From positions 49,166,001 through 49,230,000 of the forward strand of contig OX597815.1 in the NCBI GenBank assembly GCA_951406725.2: a stretch of 64,000 bases of DNA, given 5' to 3'. The translations under genes and the position numbers were made by a program. Positions 52,256-64,000 of this stretch are shown here, one piece after another (position 1 is the stretch's first letter; the number at the start of each line of letters is the position of its first letter). Below the pieces are notes generated by a model, which was not told where the DNA came from, ran no database searches, and was given only the letters and a program-made list of their open reading frames with translations. Origin of the DNA: Octopus vulgaris. Taxonomy: Eukaryota.

Positions 52256-52761
52256 ACATATAAGAGGGTAGACCACTAATTGGACATCCATTGTGCTAGA
52301 AGTAGATCTGCTATGGTTTTACCACTAAGAAAGGAATGTTCCCAAGAAAATTTAGCAAACGCCAGAACGTAATCGAGCAAGACAAATGAAAAGATACAAA
52401 ATATACAGATTTATCACAAACCCGGTTTCGTTGTTACCACTTACGTAATCACTTACGTAGATGTCCGCAACTTGTCAGTGTGATCGTCATAGCAAAATAT
52501 AATACACGAGGCGTCCACGTGAGATTGAACATGTATATAATTCTACCAATTACATTTGGGGTTATATTTCAAAAGACTTCGTTTTGGCGCGCAAAAATAC
52601 CAGAAATAATATATATTTTGTATCTTTTCATTTGTCTTGCTCGCTTATGTTCTGGCGTTTGCTAAATTTCCTTGAGGACATTCCTTTCTTAGTGGTAAGA
52701 CCATAGGGAGTCAACTCCTAGCTGAATGGATGTCCACTTAGTAGTCATCCCCCTTATATGT
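52256..52761. repeat. Fold-back element with ~150-bp inverted arms (52256-52405 / 52612-52761)
   Basis: ACCACTAAGAAAGGAATGT...AAATTTAGCAAACGCCAGAAC...CGAGCAAGACAAATGAAAAGATACAAAATATA and its reverse complement. Confidence 0.9.
52413..52484 (-). ncRNA. Type I hammerhead-like motif in the loop of the fold-back
   Basis: Minus strand AUCACA-CUGACAA-GUUG...CAAC-GAAAC-cgg-GUU-UGUGAU: three stems pair; the G8A change is consistent with CpG decay. Confidence 0.65.
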
Positions 52762-52943
52762 GTTGTATCTGAGGAGAGTCAGTCACTTTTAGTGCCTTAT
52801 TATTTAACACACACACACCGATAAAGTTTCCACTGATTTACCTTGTTTTTCTAGAAAAATAAATAAGTAAATGAGTGAAAATTTTACAGATGAGTGTTAA
52901 ATAATAAGGCACTAAAAGTGAATGACTCTCCTCAGATACAACA
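52761..52943. repeat. Fold-back hairpin with ~85-bp arms
   Basis: TGTTGTATCTGAGGAGAGTCA-TCACTTTTAGTGCCTTATTATTTAACAC / reverse complement; centre TTTTTCTAGAAAAA. Confidence 0.92.
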
Positions 52944-53011
52944 AAATATGATTCAACGCACGAACTGACATAAACAATCTTGCAAACCAAATCTAAAAAC
53001 GATATATATAT

Positions 53012-53024
53012 ATTTAATATTTCT

Positions 53025-53062
<38 letters not shown>

Positions 53063-53075
53063 AGAAATATTAAAT
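53012..53075. repeat. Perfect palindrome centred on (TA)n
   Basis: ATTTAATATTTCTGAC(AT)nGTCAGAAATATTAAAT. Confidence 0.95.
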
Positions 53076-53114
53076 TTCTAAATATCTCATAGAGATATGC
53101 ACGGTGGTGGGGCG

Positions 53115-53289
53115 ATAGAATGGTTGTATACTGTCAATTTAACGTGACAGTAGGGGATTACACCACCGCGTAATATATAAGGACACAGGAAAAAAATGTG
53201 TCGAAGCCATCAGGAAGCGTCGATGCTTCCTAGGGCTAAACCGCGGTGGTGTAATCCCCTACTGTCACGTTAAATTGACAGTATACAAC

Positions 53290-53297
<8 letters not shown>
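53115..53297. repeat. Perfect 56-bp inverted repeat with 71-bp spacer, abutting (TA)n
   Basis: 53115-53170 equals the reverse complement of 53242-53297. Confidence 0.95.
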
Positions 53298-53339
<42 letters not shown>

Positions 53340-53369
53340 CGAGTAGTAAATATATATACGTTAAGCGAG

Positions 53370-54039
53370 TAGCCACATCAAAGTGACAGTTGAATGTTAC
53401 TACTAGTTTAACCCCAGGCGGATTCTCCACCAGCTGATTTTCAGTGCAAGCTCTGCACTGTTTATATACAAATACATCGCTTGCAGGGGAAGCGAAACCC
53501 TACTACACTCCAGCAGTGAACAGGAACGCAGGACTGGCCCATTTTCAAACTATTTGGCTCATCCTCTGCCGCGCGCACCTGTGCAGTTGAGTGATAGCTA
53601 AGATCCGCTTCTGCCAGCGATATATTGTAAACAAAGTGACCATCGGTCACTGATTGGCAACAAGCAAAACAGCTACCTATGAAATCTCAAGAAAAGATAG
53701 AATAGTAACAGTAAAGCAGTTAGCCACATCAAAGTGGTTGTTGACGGTTACTAGTAGTTTAACCCCAGGCGGATTCTCCACCAGCTGGTTTTCGATGCAG
53801 GCTTTGCACCCTTTACATACAATACATCGCTAGCTAGGAGAGCGAACCTCTACTGCCCTCCAGCAGAAGCGATGTATGGCATATAAAGGGTGCAGAGCTT
53901 GCACCGAAAACCAGCTGGCGGAGAGTCCGCCGGGATTTAAAACTAGTTATAACATTCAACTGTCACTTTGATGAAGCTACTCACTTCATTGTTCAGTATA
54001 CGTTACTACTCTGTCCCTTGAGATTTTATAACTAGCTGT
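53370..54039. repeat. Direct plus inverted triplication of a ~150-bp unit
   Basis: 53370-53516 resembles 53721-53866 (direct); 53669-53831 is inverted at 53868-54039. Confidence 0.88.
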
Positions 54040-54323
54040 GCGTGTGTGTGTGCGAGAGAGAGAGAAATATAAGAAGTTAAGGCTTCTTGAATCATATCCC
54101 TAACTTCCGCGTTTCCGATTGCTCAATAGGTTGAAGTAGAGGGCTGCATGACGCCATACAAACATTGATATTTGAAATACATTTTGCTTACGCTCGATCG
54201 GAATTTGAGTGGATGCCGAAGGAAAACGTCAGAAAATGAATCACACATACTTCTATTCATTGCCACGCGGAAAAGGTGTTTTATTGTCTGCTTTTCACGT
54301 GCAAAAGCATGTATCTCCAATAT

Positions 54324-54354
<31 letters not shown>

Positions 54355-54419
54355 CATAAGTAAGGGGACCAGCACTTGATGATAAATTATTATCAATAAC
54401 GGGAAAATGAATGTTTATT

Positions 54420-55260
54420 TTTTTAATGTCTCTTTTCACAGCATTGCAAATTCATTGTATTAGAAATATAAAAATTTAACCAGTTGGTCGTTGAAAATTC
54501 TTTAATAAATATCAATGGAAATACCTGCCAGATTTCACCAACTCTGATCTTTTGTTGAATAATCCAAAAGCTTTCACAAAGTCTTACCTTTCTTCGAGAA
54601 ATAAAGATCGCATCATCTGAATACATTAAAGCAAAGGTCGCTGGTTTTATAATGGACCAATATTCTTATAAATGTTAATATGTTCCCTTAAACTCCTGAT
54701 ATATTTTGATAGTGAAGTCGTTATAAGCCTGTCTGAGATTTTGAATGCATATTTTCCAAGATTGTTTTAAAAGAATTTTCAATAATCTCTACATAGCGTT
54801 TTGCTTCGCTGTTATTTATTTGCATTAGAGACGTTAGATTTGATAAACTTCATGCTATAGAATGATTACTACGATAGATAGAGAAGAACGATATTAGGGT
54901 TGTTGCAATTGACTACAAGAAACAGGTTTCACATATGCTTGTGCTCAAAAGATTTTTTTATGCTAACTATGGTAGCAGCGAAGGCAACTTTAACGTTCTT
55001 CTTTGCTAAACATCTTGTGATGAATATGGTCAGTGGAGAAATACCTAATAAGATTTAGATGAATCTTGGCACAATTATATTGGATATTAAAACTACAAGA
55101 GGGAGCATTACGTATAGTATTTTGTTTCCATTTTGTATGTAAGAATAGTACTTACCTTTATATAATTATTTTGTCTTTGTAGTCAGTCTTTAATACAACT
55201 TTGTAGAAGTTAAAGGATTCTTGTCATAGATTAAGCTGGGTATGAATCTTTTGATATCAT
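54420..55260 (-). mobile_element. Possible very old Penelope-type RT remnant
   Basis: MYSDDAIFI...FIKEFS...LNF (YxDD-like) with an upstream VPRFI (LPKIH-like) fragment; heavily decayed. Confidence 0.25.
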
Positions 55261-56022
55261 TAGCAACGTTTTCTTAGGATTATTGGAAGACAGTTGGAAT
55301 ACATCAATATACAGTTATTTTTATTATTTGTATATATCGGTGACTAAATCTAGCGATACATCGTATGGACATTCATACTTTGCAAGATGGATAGGGTACC
55401 ATCACAGAAAAGTCCAAAGTCTACGAAGTGGAATCTCTTTCAAAGTAAGTCACATTCACAAATCTCATTCCCACCGAACGAACCCTTGGCAACATCACAG
55501 AATACCAAACGGCTACGTTTCAACGAAAGAGAGTTATCATAAAATAACAAAGGATATCAACGTCTGAATCACTAAACAAAATAAAACTTTTACCAAATTC
55601 TAAAACTTTCTGAAGAAGGTATTTAGCTATAAACTGATAGAATTGTACCGATCTGCATAAATGTACAAAGCTTCTTATCTACATTATTGAACACCTTGAT
55701 GACAGGTAAAATACTATTCTGTAAGAGACTAGAAGAGGACATTTTAATATTAACAAATTTAATTGACTAAAACATGTTACTTCTTTTTCAGATACATGAA
55801 ACTGAATTTGAAAAGGAAAGAAAATAATCGCTTGTATCTTTAAATGTAATATCGTACGCGTAATAAAAACGTTTACCAATCTCCTTTAACATCTCTCTTT
55901 CTCCCAATATGTGTGTGTGTGCGCGCGCGCGCGTTTAGTTATTTTGGGTAAAATTCTCGCAAAAACCTTTCAACTTAAAGCTGATGTGGGATACAGAAAC
56001 GTTCGTCGTGCCTTTTGACTTC

Positions 56023-56059
56023 CATCCTCGTGTTATATAATATATATAACACGAGGATG
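56023..56059. repeat. Short palindrome centred on TA
   Basis: CATCCTCGTGTTATATA-ata-TATATAACACGAGGATG. Confidence 0.92.
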
Positions 56060-56750
56060 TATGTATATATATATATGAGAGAGAGAGAGGTATACACACA
56101 TATATATAAATACAGAGAGAGGGGAGGAGGGAGAAATGTGTACGTATGTATATGCAAATTTATCATTTCTTCAGATAAGTCACTTCATTCCTGGCAAAAG
56201 GTAAAAGAAAGAAATGACATATTAGGAATGAGGTTTCTTTCTTCTATTTGTGTTGCATGGAATGGTAAGTAGAGAAACCTATAGATAATGAATAAATGGA
56301 GCAGGAAGGGGTAGGTGAACTGAGGATAAAATAAATACAAAGGTAAGAGGTAGGAATGACATTATGGGTAAGGCAATAGATCAGAATGGTGAACTTTACT
56401 TACTTGGGATGATTGCTAGAAAGCCACGTCTCTTACGTAATAAACACATAAGTTATTTTTATCTCTTTGATAAGCGCAGAATAATCAGTTGCTATAGGAA
56501 ATAAATTGGCGCTTGTCACCTGTAGAATTCTTGATAAACCTGCAATAAAATGAGGTTATATTAATTTTATGATACGTTGGCTTTATGTTTCAAAATTTAA
56601 TCCACAGTTAGGTCGACGCTACTTTTGTTATTCATTTGTTACGTTAAATACGTAAATATTTGGCATGGCTGTGTGCGTAAGAAGCTTGCATAACAACGCC
56701 ATAGCTTCGGGTTCAGTCCTACTGAACGGCACCTTGAGCAAGTATATTCT

Positions 56751-57164
56751 TATTTCTTTACTGTCCACAAGGGGCTACACACAGAGGGGACAAACACGGA
56801 CAGAAGAACGGGTTAAGTCGATTATATCGACCCCAGTGCGTAACTGGTACTTAATTTATCGACCCCGAAAGGATGAAAGGCAAAGTCGACCTCAGCGGAA
56901 TTTGAACTCAGAACGTTGCAGCAGACGAAATACCTATTTCTTTATTACCCACAAGGGGCTAAACACAGAAGGGACAAACAAGGACAGACATAGGTATTAA
57001 GTCGATTACATCGACCCCAGTGCGTAACTGGTACTTAATTTATCGACCCCGAAAGGATGAAAGGCAAAGTCGACCTCAGCGGAATTTGAACTCAGAACGT
57101 TGCAGCAGACGAAATACCGTTAAGCATTTCGCCCGGCGTGCTAACGTTTCTGCCAGCTCGCCGC
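56751..57164 (-). mobile_element. SINE family B head-to-tail dimer (full copy plus headless 184-bp unit)
   Basis: Units start at 56751 and 56935; only one A-box head (57120-57164). Confidence 0.92.
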
Positions 57165-57387
57165 TTTTTAGAATATACTGAGTAAGTATATCCCACGAGG
57201 TATTAGTCGGCTCGAAGCTATAGTAAAATAGCTCCGTGCTGACTAATGCCTTGTGAGTGAATTTGGTAGACGGAAACTATGTCGTGTGTGTGCGGGCGTG
57301 TTTCTCCTCCACACACTGTCTGAAAGTCAACGTTGGTTTGTTAACGTCCCTGTGACTTAGCTTTCGGCAAAAGTGACAGATAGAATT

Positions 57388-57781
57388 CTTTTTCTTTAAT
57401 TTGTTTATTTGTTTCAGTCATTTGACTGCGGCCTTGCTGAAGCACCGTCTTTAGTCGAACAAATCGACCCCAGGACTTATTCTTTGCAAGTCTAGTATTT
57501 ATTCTATCGGTCTCTTTTGCCGAACCGCTAAGTTACGGGGACGTTAACACACTAACATCGGTTGTCAAGCGATGGTGGGAGGACAAACAAAGACACACAC
57601 ACACATATATATATATGTACGATGGGTTTCTTTCAGTTTCCGTCTACCAAATCATCTCACAAGGCTTTAGTCAGCCCGAGGCTATAGTAGAAGACACTAG
57701 CCCAAGGTGCCACGCAGTGGGACTGAACCTGGAATCATGTGGTAAGGAAGCAAGCTTCTTACCACACGGTCACGCCTGCAC
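57388..57781 (-). mobile_element. SINE family A nested in the older copy
   Basis: Reverse match to family A. Confidence 0.9.
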
Positions 57782-58029
57782 CAAGATACTAAACTTTAAA
57801 AGATAAGTAGTTGGATCAATTAGTCTGACTAAAACCCTTCGACATGGTCCTCCAGCATGGCCATAGTATAACGGCTGAAACTAGTCGAAGATAAAAAAAT
57901 TACTTAGATATTACATAAGATACAAAATGACATTAGTAAGTTAAATGTTACATTAATTATTTAGATATTGCATGATATACTACAGTAGTTGAATATTACA
58001 CTGCTTTGGTATTATATCTGTAATAAAGT

Positions 58030-58217
58030 AGCGAGGTGGCTGAGTTGTTAGCATACCGGACAAAATGCTTAGCAGCACTTTTTCCATCTTTACCTTCTGA
58101 GTTCAAATTCCGCCGGGGTCGATAAAATAAATAGCAGTCGAGCACTGAGATCGAAGCCTGTGCAATTGACTTCCCTCCTTCTCTGATCATGCAAGCCTTG
58201 TGCCAAAATTTGAAATT
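58030..58217 (+). mobile_element. SINE family B (internally deleted)
   Basis: GAGTTCAAATTCCGCC...GGGGTCGATAAAATAA...GCCTTGTGCCAAAATTTGAAA. Confidence 0.78.
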
Positions 58218-58604
58218 GATATTACATTAGTAATATGTTATAATAAACGTTATATTGTAAGTTATGATACATTACTTAGATGATACATATGTTAGTTAGA
58301 TGTCACATTTGTTAGGTAGATGGTACATTACTTATGCTACAATAATTACACGCTACCTTAGTTAAACATTACATTTGGCATATTCATTCATCTTTTATTT
58401 AAAAATGCATGACTTCAATTTTACCCCCCACCCAAAAAAAAGAAATATATATATATATGGAATTGGTGATGTCTTGTGTAGACTATCATCACTATTTATT
58501 GAAGAATTTCGATCTAACAGACTGGTTGATATAAATTATTTTTCCATATAAGAATTTGTCATAACACCAAATTGACAATAAGCTAATAAACCTTTTTATT
58601 ATAT

Positions 58605-58767
58605 TCACAAGGCCTGAAATAATTTAGAGGAAGAGGATATTCGATTACATCGACCCCAGTGCTCAGCTGGTACTTACTTTATCCAGAAGGATGAAAGGCA
58701 AGGTCAACCGTGGTAGAATTTGAACTTAGGACGTGATACCGCTAAGCGTTTTTTCTGGTATGCTAAT
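58605..58767 (-). mobile_element. SINE family B (diverged)
   Basis: Reverse match to B core. Confidence 0.75.
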
Positions 58768-58831
58768 GTATTAATAGTTGTATTTCTTACATAGATTTGT
58801 GTGTGTGTGTGAGTGGTGCGTGTGTGTGAAC

Positions 58832-58882
<51 letters not shown>

Positions 58883-59068
58883 AGAGAGAGGGTGAACATT
58901 GAAATATCGTCTTTTTTGCACGGAGTTTTATTGAACAAATTATGTCACGTATCCTGCTTATGATACTGGAATACAAGAAAATGCGACATATTTCTTTAGC
59001 TTTCTCTTTTCTAAATCAAATTTCGATGATTATTCATATTTTGATGTGCTTAGGAATATTTATGCTTA

Positions 59069-59145
<77 letters not shown>

Positions 59146-59251
59146 CTGCTTCTCTACACCAATCATTTGAATAATTGAAAACGTGAAACTCAGAACTGCG
59201 ATTCGGGAAACAATAACACGAATGCACACACACACACGCATACACGCACAG

Positions 59252-59341
59252 ATACATACATACATACATACATAAATACATACATACATACATACATACA
59301 TACATACATACATACATACATACATACATACATACATACAC
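59252..59341. repeat. (TACA)n microsatellite
   Basis: Direct inspection. Confidence 0.95.
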
Positions 59342-60382
59342 GTGTGTATGTTTAATTGTATGCACAACAGTAAAGAAACAAAAGAGAGGAGAAAACAACT
59401 GAGGTTTCACAAAGTGAAACACTGAGTTTCACATTTTAGCGTTTCTCAAGCTTGAGAAGTTAATCAAATGAATTTATATACACATATGAGAAACAAATTA
59501 ATAAAATTGAATTAAAAAAAACCCATTGTATCTTCATATTGATTGTAGAAATCCGTACAAGGATACTAAACATGACATTCTAATTTTTTTTCCGCAAAGT
59601 TCACCTTGTATTCTTTGAACTCAGAAACCAAGGAAATAAATAACGTTCAAGAGATAGACAACAGGGGCGAATTTAAAGTTTTACGACATCCCTAAGGACC
59701 ACGAACAAAATTTTTGTTAATAAAGCAATTTGTAGGTTAATAAATCCAACCAAAATTTAGTTAAGTGTAGTAAGTGGAAATATCTTAGGGGCTTTTAGTC
59801 TTAGCAATAAACAAATAACTAATTAACCATTATGGGATAACAGCACTGCTATCAATAATTGGTTTCATAGTATTAGTAAAAATCTGTTAAGTAAATTTAC
59901 TCAGTTTGGTATAATTGAATTTCTATCATTTGCTAACTGAATCTTTGTTTGAAAAGCATTAGTTTTTACCAATAATTATATTTCAAACACTAAAACTGAT
60001 ATCAAAACGATCACGCATTTAGAAAACCATTGATTTCTTGTGATAATGATGCTAATTCTTTTATTGTAGCAAAGGGTAGCCAAGACTCCACAGAAACTTG
60101 TGATGTTATTGGTATTTATATATTTTTTTTTCTGTAAGTTTAAATTGCAATGTGGCTTGCATCAACATGATAGACATATTATCATACAGAAGATGAATAG
60201 TTAAATTAATGTAGAATTAGAAAAAACGACACAAATTTGTATACACTTGATTTTACAAATTTTGCCATTTATTTCAAAACAAATAAATTCTTAGTCAAAT
60301 GAAACGTTAATATATACATCACTTCAAACCACCCACACGCCAATAAATATTAATGATTTAGTGAAAAATATGAGTAAACTGC

Positions 60383-60430
<48 letters not shown>

Positions 60431-61024
60431 CGCCAGACATGGGGTTTCGACTTGATTTGGGACCCTCAGTGACAAATTCCCTATACATTCTGAGCAAAGC
60501 TGAAAATACTTGTTTCAATGAAGAAATCGTTAAACAATATAGTTTATATAAAAGCAGGCCAGGCGAGAATTAAATTAAAATACACATTGAAACAGTCTTG
60601 GATTTAGATATCAGCGAATATGACATCTATAATGTGCGTACTGATGTGAAATGTGACAAGCTGTAATATTTTGTTAAAAAAAAAAGCGTTATGGACAAAG
60701 CTTTGTATTTTTAATACAAAAGCCTTTTGGGGATGTTTCTTGGAAAGAAAATATTACAGCCAGTGTTGTCTCACGTTTGTATACCCATAAATGTTATATA
60801 GATCGGCAATTAACTTTTCATCATTACTGGAGAATCAGTAAAATATAAAACACAGAATCACAACTTGGAAAGTTTCAACGTTGGCATGAGTTGATGGAGA
60901 CTGGCTGCTGTTTCTGGCAATTCCAACAAATGCATAGAAATTACCTCCTTGGATCATGGTATCTAGTTTTCTCTGATTTAGTTGTATATATTATATAAAA
61001 AAGATGTTGCTTCTCGTGTCATGC

Positions 61025-61216
61025 CAGGCTCATAAGGGCCGGTTTCCCGGTTTCAGTGGCGTCCATCGCAGCGTTACTCATTTTTGCCAGCTGAGTGGAC
61101 TGGAGCAACATGAAAATGAAGTGTTTTGCTCAAGAACACAACGCATCGCCCGGTCCAGGAATCGAAACCACAACCTTACGATCATGAATTCAACTCACTA
61201 AGCCACGCGCCTCCAC
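61025..61216 (-). mobile_element. SINE family C
   Basis: Reverse match: GTGGAGGCGCGTGGCTTAGTG head, GGTTTCGATTCC B box, TTGAGCAAAACACTTCATTT...CCACTCAGCTG. Confidence 0.85.
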
Positions 61217-61231
61217 GGTATATATTATACT

Positions 61232-61446
61232 GATTTCAAATTTTGCCCCATGGTCAGCAATATCGAGGGAGGGTGTAAGCCGATTACATCGACCCCAGTA
61301 ATCGACTGGTATTTAATTTTATCGACCCTGAAAGAATGAAAGACAATGACGACTTTGGTAGAATTTGAACTGAGAACGTAAAGATGTACGAAATGCCACT
61401 AAGCATTTCTCCCAGTGCGGTAACGATTCTACCAGCACACCGCCTT
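61232..61446 (-). mobile_element. SINE family B
   Basis: Reverse match to B; flanked by GGTATATATTATA direct repeats. Confidence 0.85.
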
Positions 61447-62194
61447 ACTGGTATATATTATATCAAGCTTCTTTTCCCTCCACCGCTACTGCTAACCTTG
61501 CAACATACAATTGAAGGTTTAATCGTAAAAATATAGTTCTAAAAGATATTACAAGTTAGAAAGCATGTAAATTCTCAGATCTAACCATCTCTCGTTTACT
61601 TAAGTCTATGAGTCCTGGCATCGTAATATAGTTGTGTGGTTAAGATACTTCTTTTGCAGCCACGTGTTTCTAGGTTGGTGACCAATGGTTTCAGGCTAAT
61701 CAAAATCTTGTGAATGGAATTTGGTAAATGAAAACTATGCAAAATTCCATTAGGTGTGTGTGTTGGAGAAATTCTACTTTAACCTACGAACTGCTGTCAC
61801 TGAACTGAAGAATGTAAGTTTGAGACAACGCGAACAGAAGAAACTTGTTGCTACAGAAATTTCAAATTCAGAGAGGTTAGCTTTCATTCTGCTCTAATGA
61901 GAGTGACTTGTTGATTGCTAAAGGACTGTGTGATGCGGGATAGGTATTAATGATATTACTTTGCTTTTCGCTAGCACAAAAAGAGGGCACTAAAGTTTAC
62001 TGTCGAATCTATTCTAACCGATGAGTTACAAGAACCAGTAATAATTCTTTCCACCGTCTCAATTTTTCAGAATTCACATCTAGATAGCCTGAACGATCAC
62101 TCCATGCATGAAACTAGGAACAGCTAGAGAATGAATCAAACTTCACACGCAAAAACAAACACACACATACCCACACACGTGTGAATATGTGAGG

Positions 62195-62240
<46 letters not shown>

Positions 62241-62893
62241 AAATTGAAGTGGGATTTTGTCAAATGGAAACATCTGTGGTATTTTGCTCTGCCTCGGTTG
62301 CCTCTTTTATCCCTGGTTGTTGTTACCTATCAGTCTAGTCCAAGGTTGATAGAATAAGTACCAAACGAAATACCAAGGTCGATTTAAAAGACTAAAACCA
62401 TTTAAGGCAATATTCTTATCCACAATCCGATAACTGAAACCAGAAAAAAAAGTTTAAAATAAAAATAAAAGAATGTGTGTTTCATACTAAACGAACATTC
62501 TCCATATGTTTATTAATGAAGACACATACTGAGGAACTTTCTTTCCCACATAACTCCTTAGACACAGATAAGTAGAATAGATTAAAGATCTGAATCCTGA
62601 GGGCTGACAGTTATTTTGATATACTTCATTAAGTATGACTGGCTCAGAAAGAAAGAAGAGGGGAATTTTTATAAAGTCCTTAACTTCTTGGAAAATTCTT
62701 ACCTGACAAGAGTAAGCTAATAAGTAAGATTATGAATAAATGTTAAGTATGTGTTTATATTTACAGCTATAAGTGTGTACGAATATATGTCGGTATTGTG
62801 TGTGTACCGCTGTACGTATAAAATTGTATGTATGTTTGCATCTTAGTATTTCTTGTAATATATATACATTATGTACACATGCATATACCTAAC

Positions 62894-62938
<45 letters not shown>

Positions 62939-63384
62939 ATAAAATGGATGTGTGTATGTATATACACACATGGATTTCTCTATATGTGTATATGCAAATG
63001 ACTGTGGACTGCGAATGTTTTGTTGTTTTAGGAGAAATTTTAAAACTTGTTGACTTTATTCCTCCAAAACATTGGACAAATAAAATATATGTGTTTATGA
63101 GTGCATTTATTGTGTGCAGAGGGAACATGTAATAAAAACGATTTTGGCACGGACCAAAAGTGGCACCGACAATGGTGGTGGATGTGGTGATGATGTTGGA
63201 ACGGTTGAATGTTCATTGTTTATTGCATAGTAGATGGGAACAGATGACCAGTCATCTGTCAGGAACAGAATATCTTAAATTGCGAAAATTACTGGATAAT
63301 ATTTGTTTAACATCTTCATACAGCAGCATTTGGAAGTACTTAGATTGTCTTTCTAAACCGACACTGTCTTCTACCTCCATGTCC

Positions 63385-63515
63385 TTATCTATGATGGTGC
63401 TGTATGCCGCTCCATTCTCTGGCCCAAAGGCAAAAATCTATTAAGTCTGTCTGTATTTTGACAAAGCTTATCTGTAGATGATATCTTAGTGATTCATTTG
63501 TTAACTGCAGCAGTT
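63385..63515 (-). CDS. Candidate terminal coding exon of an unidentified gene (unresolved)
   Basis: Pyrimidine tract then TTTTAAG| acceptor at 63516-63517; frame LLQLTNESLRYHLQISFVKIQTDLIDFCLWAREWSGIQHHHR*; no recognisable homology. Confidence 0.2.
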
Positions 63516-63912
63516 CTTAAAATGGTTTGGAGAAGAAGGAAGAGGTGATGTGTATATATTATTGTGGTGGTAGTAGTTGTGAGGGTGATGGCGATAGTGG
63601 TGGAAGAGAGAGAGAGGCAGGAAGCAAGAAATGGAAAAGACAGTCGATCCAAGGAGAGCAGAAAGCACATAGAAGGATAGATAGAATGATGGTGGCCTGA
63701 ATGAAGTGGGACGAATGAAGAGGGAGTGAAGGAGATACAAGACATAGAGAGAGAGATAGAGATTGAATAGAGAGAGGTAGAGAGAGAGGGGGGAGACAAA
63801 AAGAGAGACAGAAGCCAAAATAGAAATAAATAATGTTTGTGATTTGAAGAGAGAAATGACAATATATGTATGTATATGTGTGTGTGTGGCAGGGTGTATA
63901 TCTGTCTATTTC

Positions 63913-63972
63913 TATGTATGTATGTATGTATGTATGTATGTATGTATGTATGTATGTATGTATGTATGTATG
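63913..63972. repeat. (TATG)n microsatellite
   Basis: Direct inspection. Confidence 0.97.
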
Positions 63973-64000
63973 CATGTATATACAGAAAGAGAGAGGCAGA

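Larger units (their letters stand above)
56661..57898 (+). mobile_element. Old SINE-A host split into three pieces by nested insertions
   Basis: Head 56661-56745, body ~57200-57387 and tail ~57800-57898 are colinear with family A. Confidence 0.7.

Overview
AT-rich, repeat-saturated eukaryotic (animal) intergenic or intronic DNA. From memory, the SINE families and microsatellite load resemble an Octopus (coleoid cephalopod) genome; this assignment is not verified. No host protein-coding gene can be called with confidence, and most ORFs in the track are microsatellite or SINE read-throughs. The window holds about 35 copies of three tRNA-derived SINE families (my labels A, B, C). It also holds LINE fragments (a young CR1-like 3' end, RTE, Tx1/L1), a Penelope-like element with RT and C-terminal GIY-YIG, and DNA transposon relics (mariner, hAT, Chapaev-type, non-autonomous Helitrons, MITEs). 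The most unusual signal is a set of short non-coding modules sitting in or beside (TA)n tracts. Some carry minimal type I hammerhead-ribozyme motifs, two of them with compensatory stem changes. Others are long fold-back hairpins, some with a hammerhead remnant in the loop, and five such hairpins are packed into 52.2-54.0 kb. Also notable are 70-110 bp target-like duplications at SINE-A insertions, a head-to-tail SINE-B dimer, and a patchwork of short local duplications.
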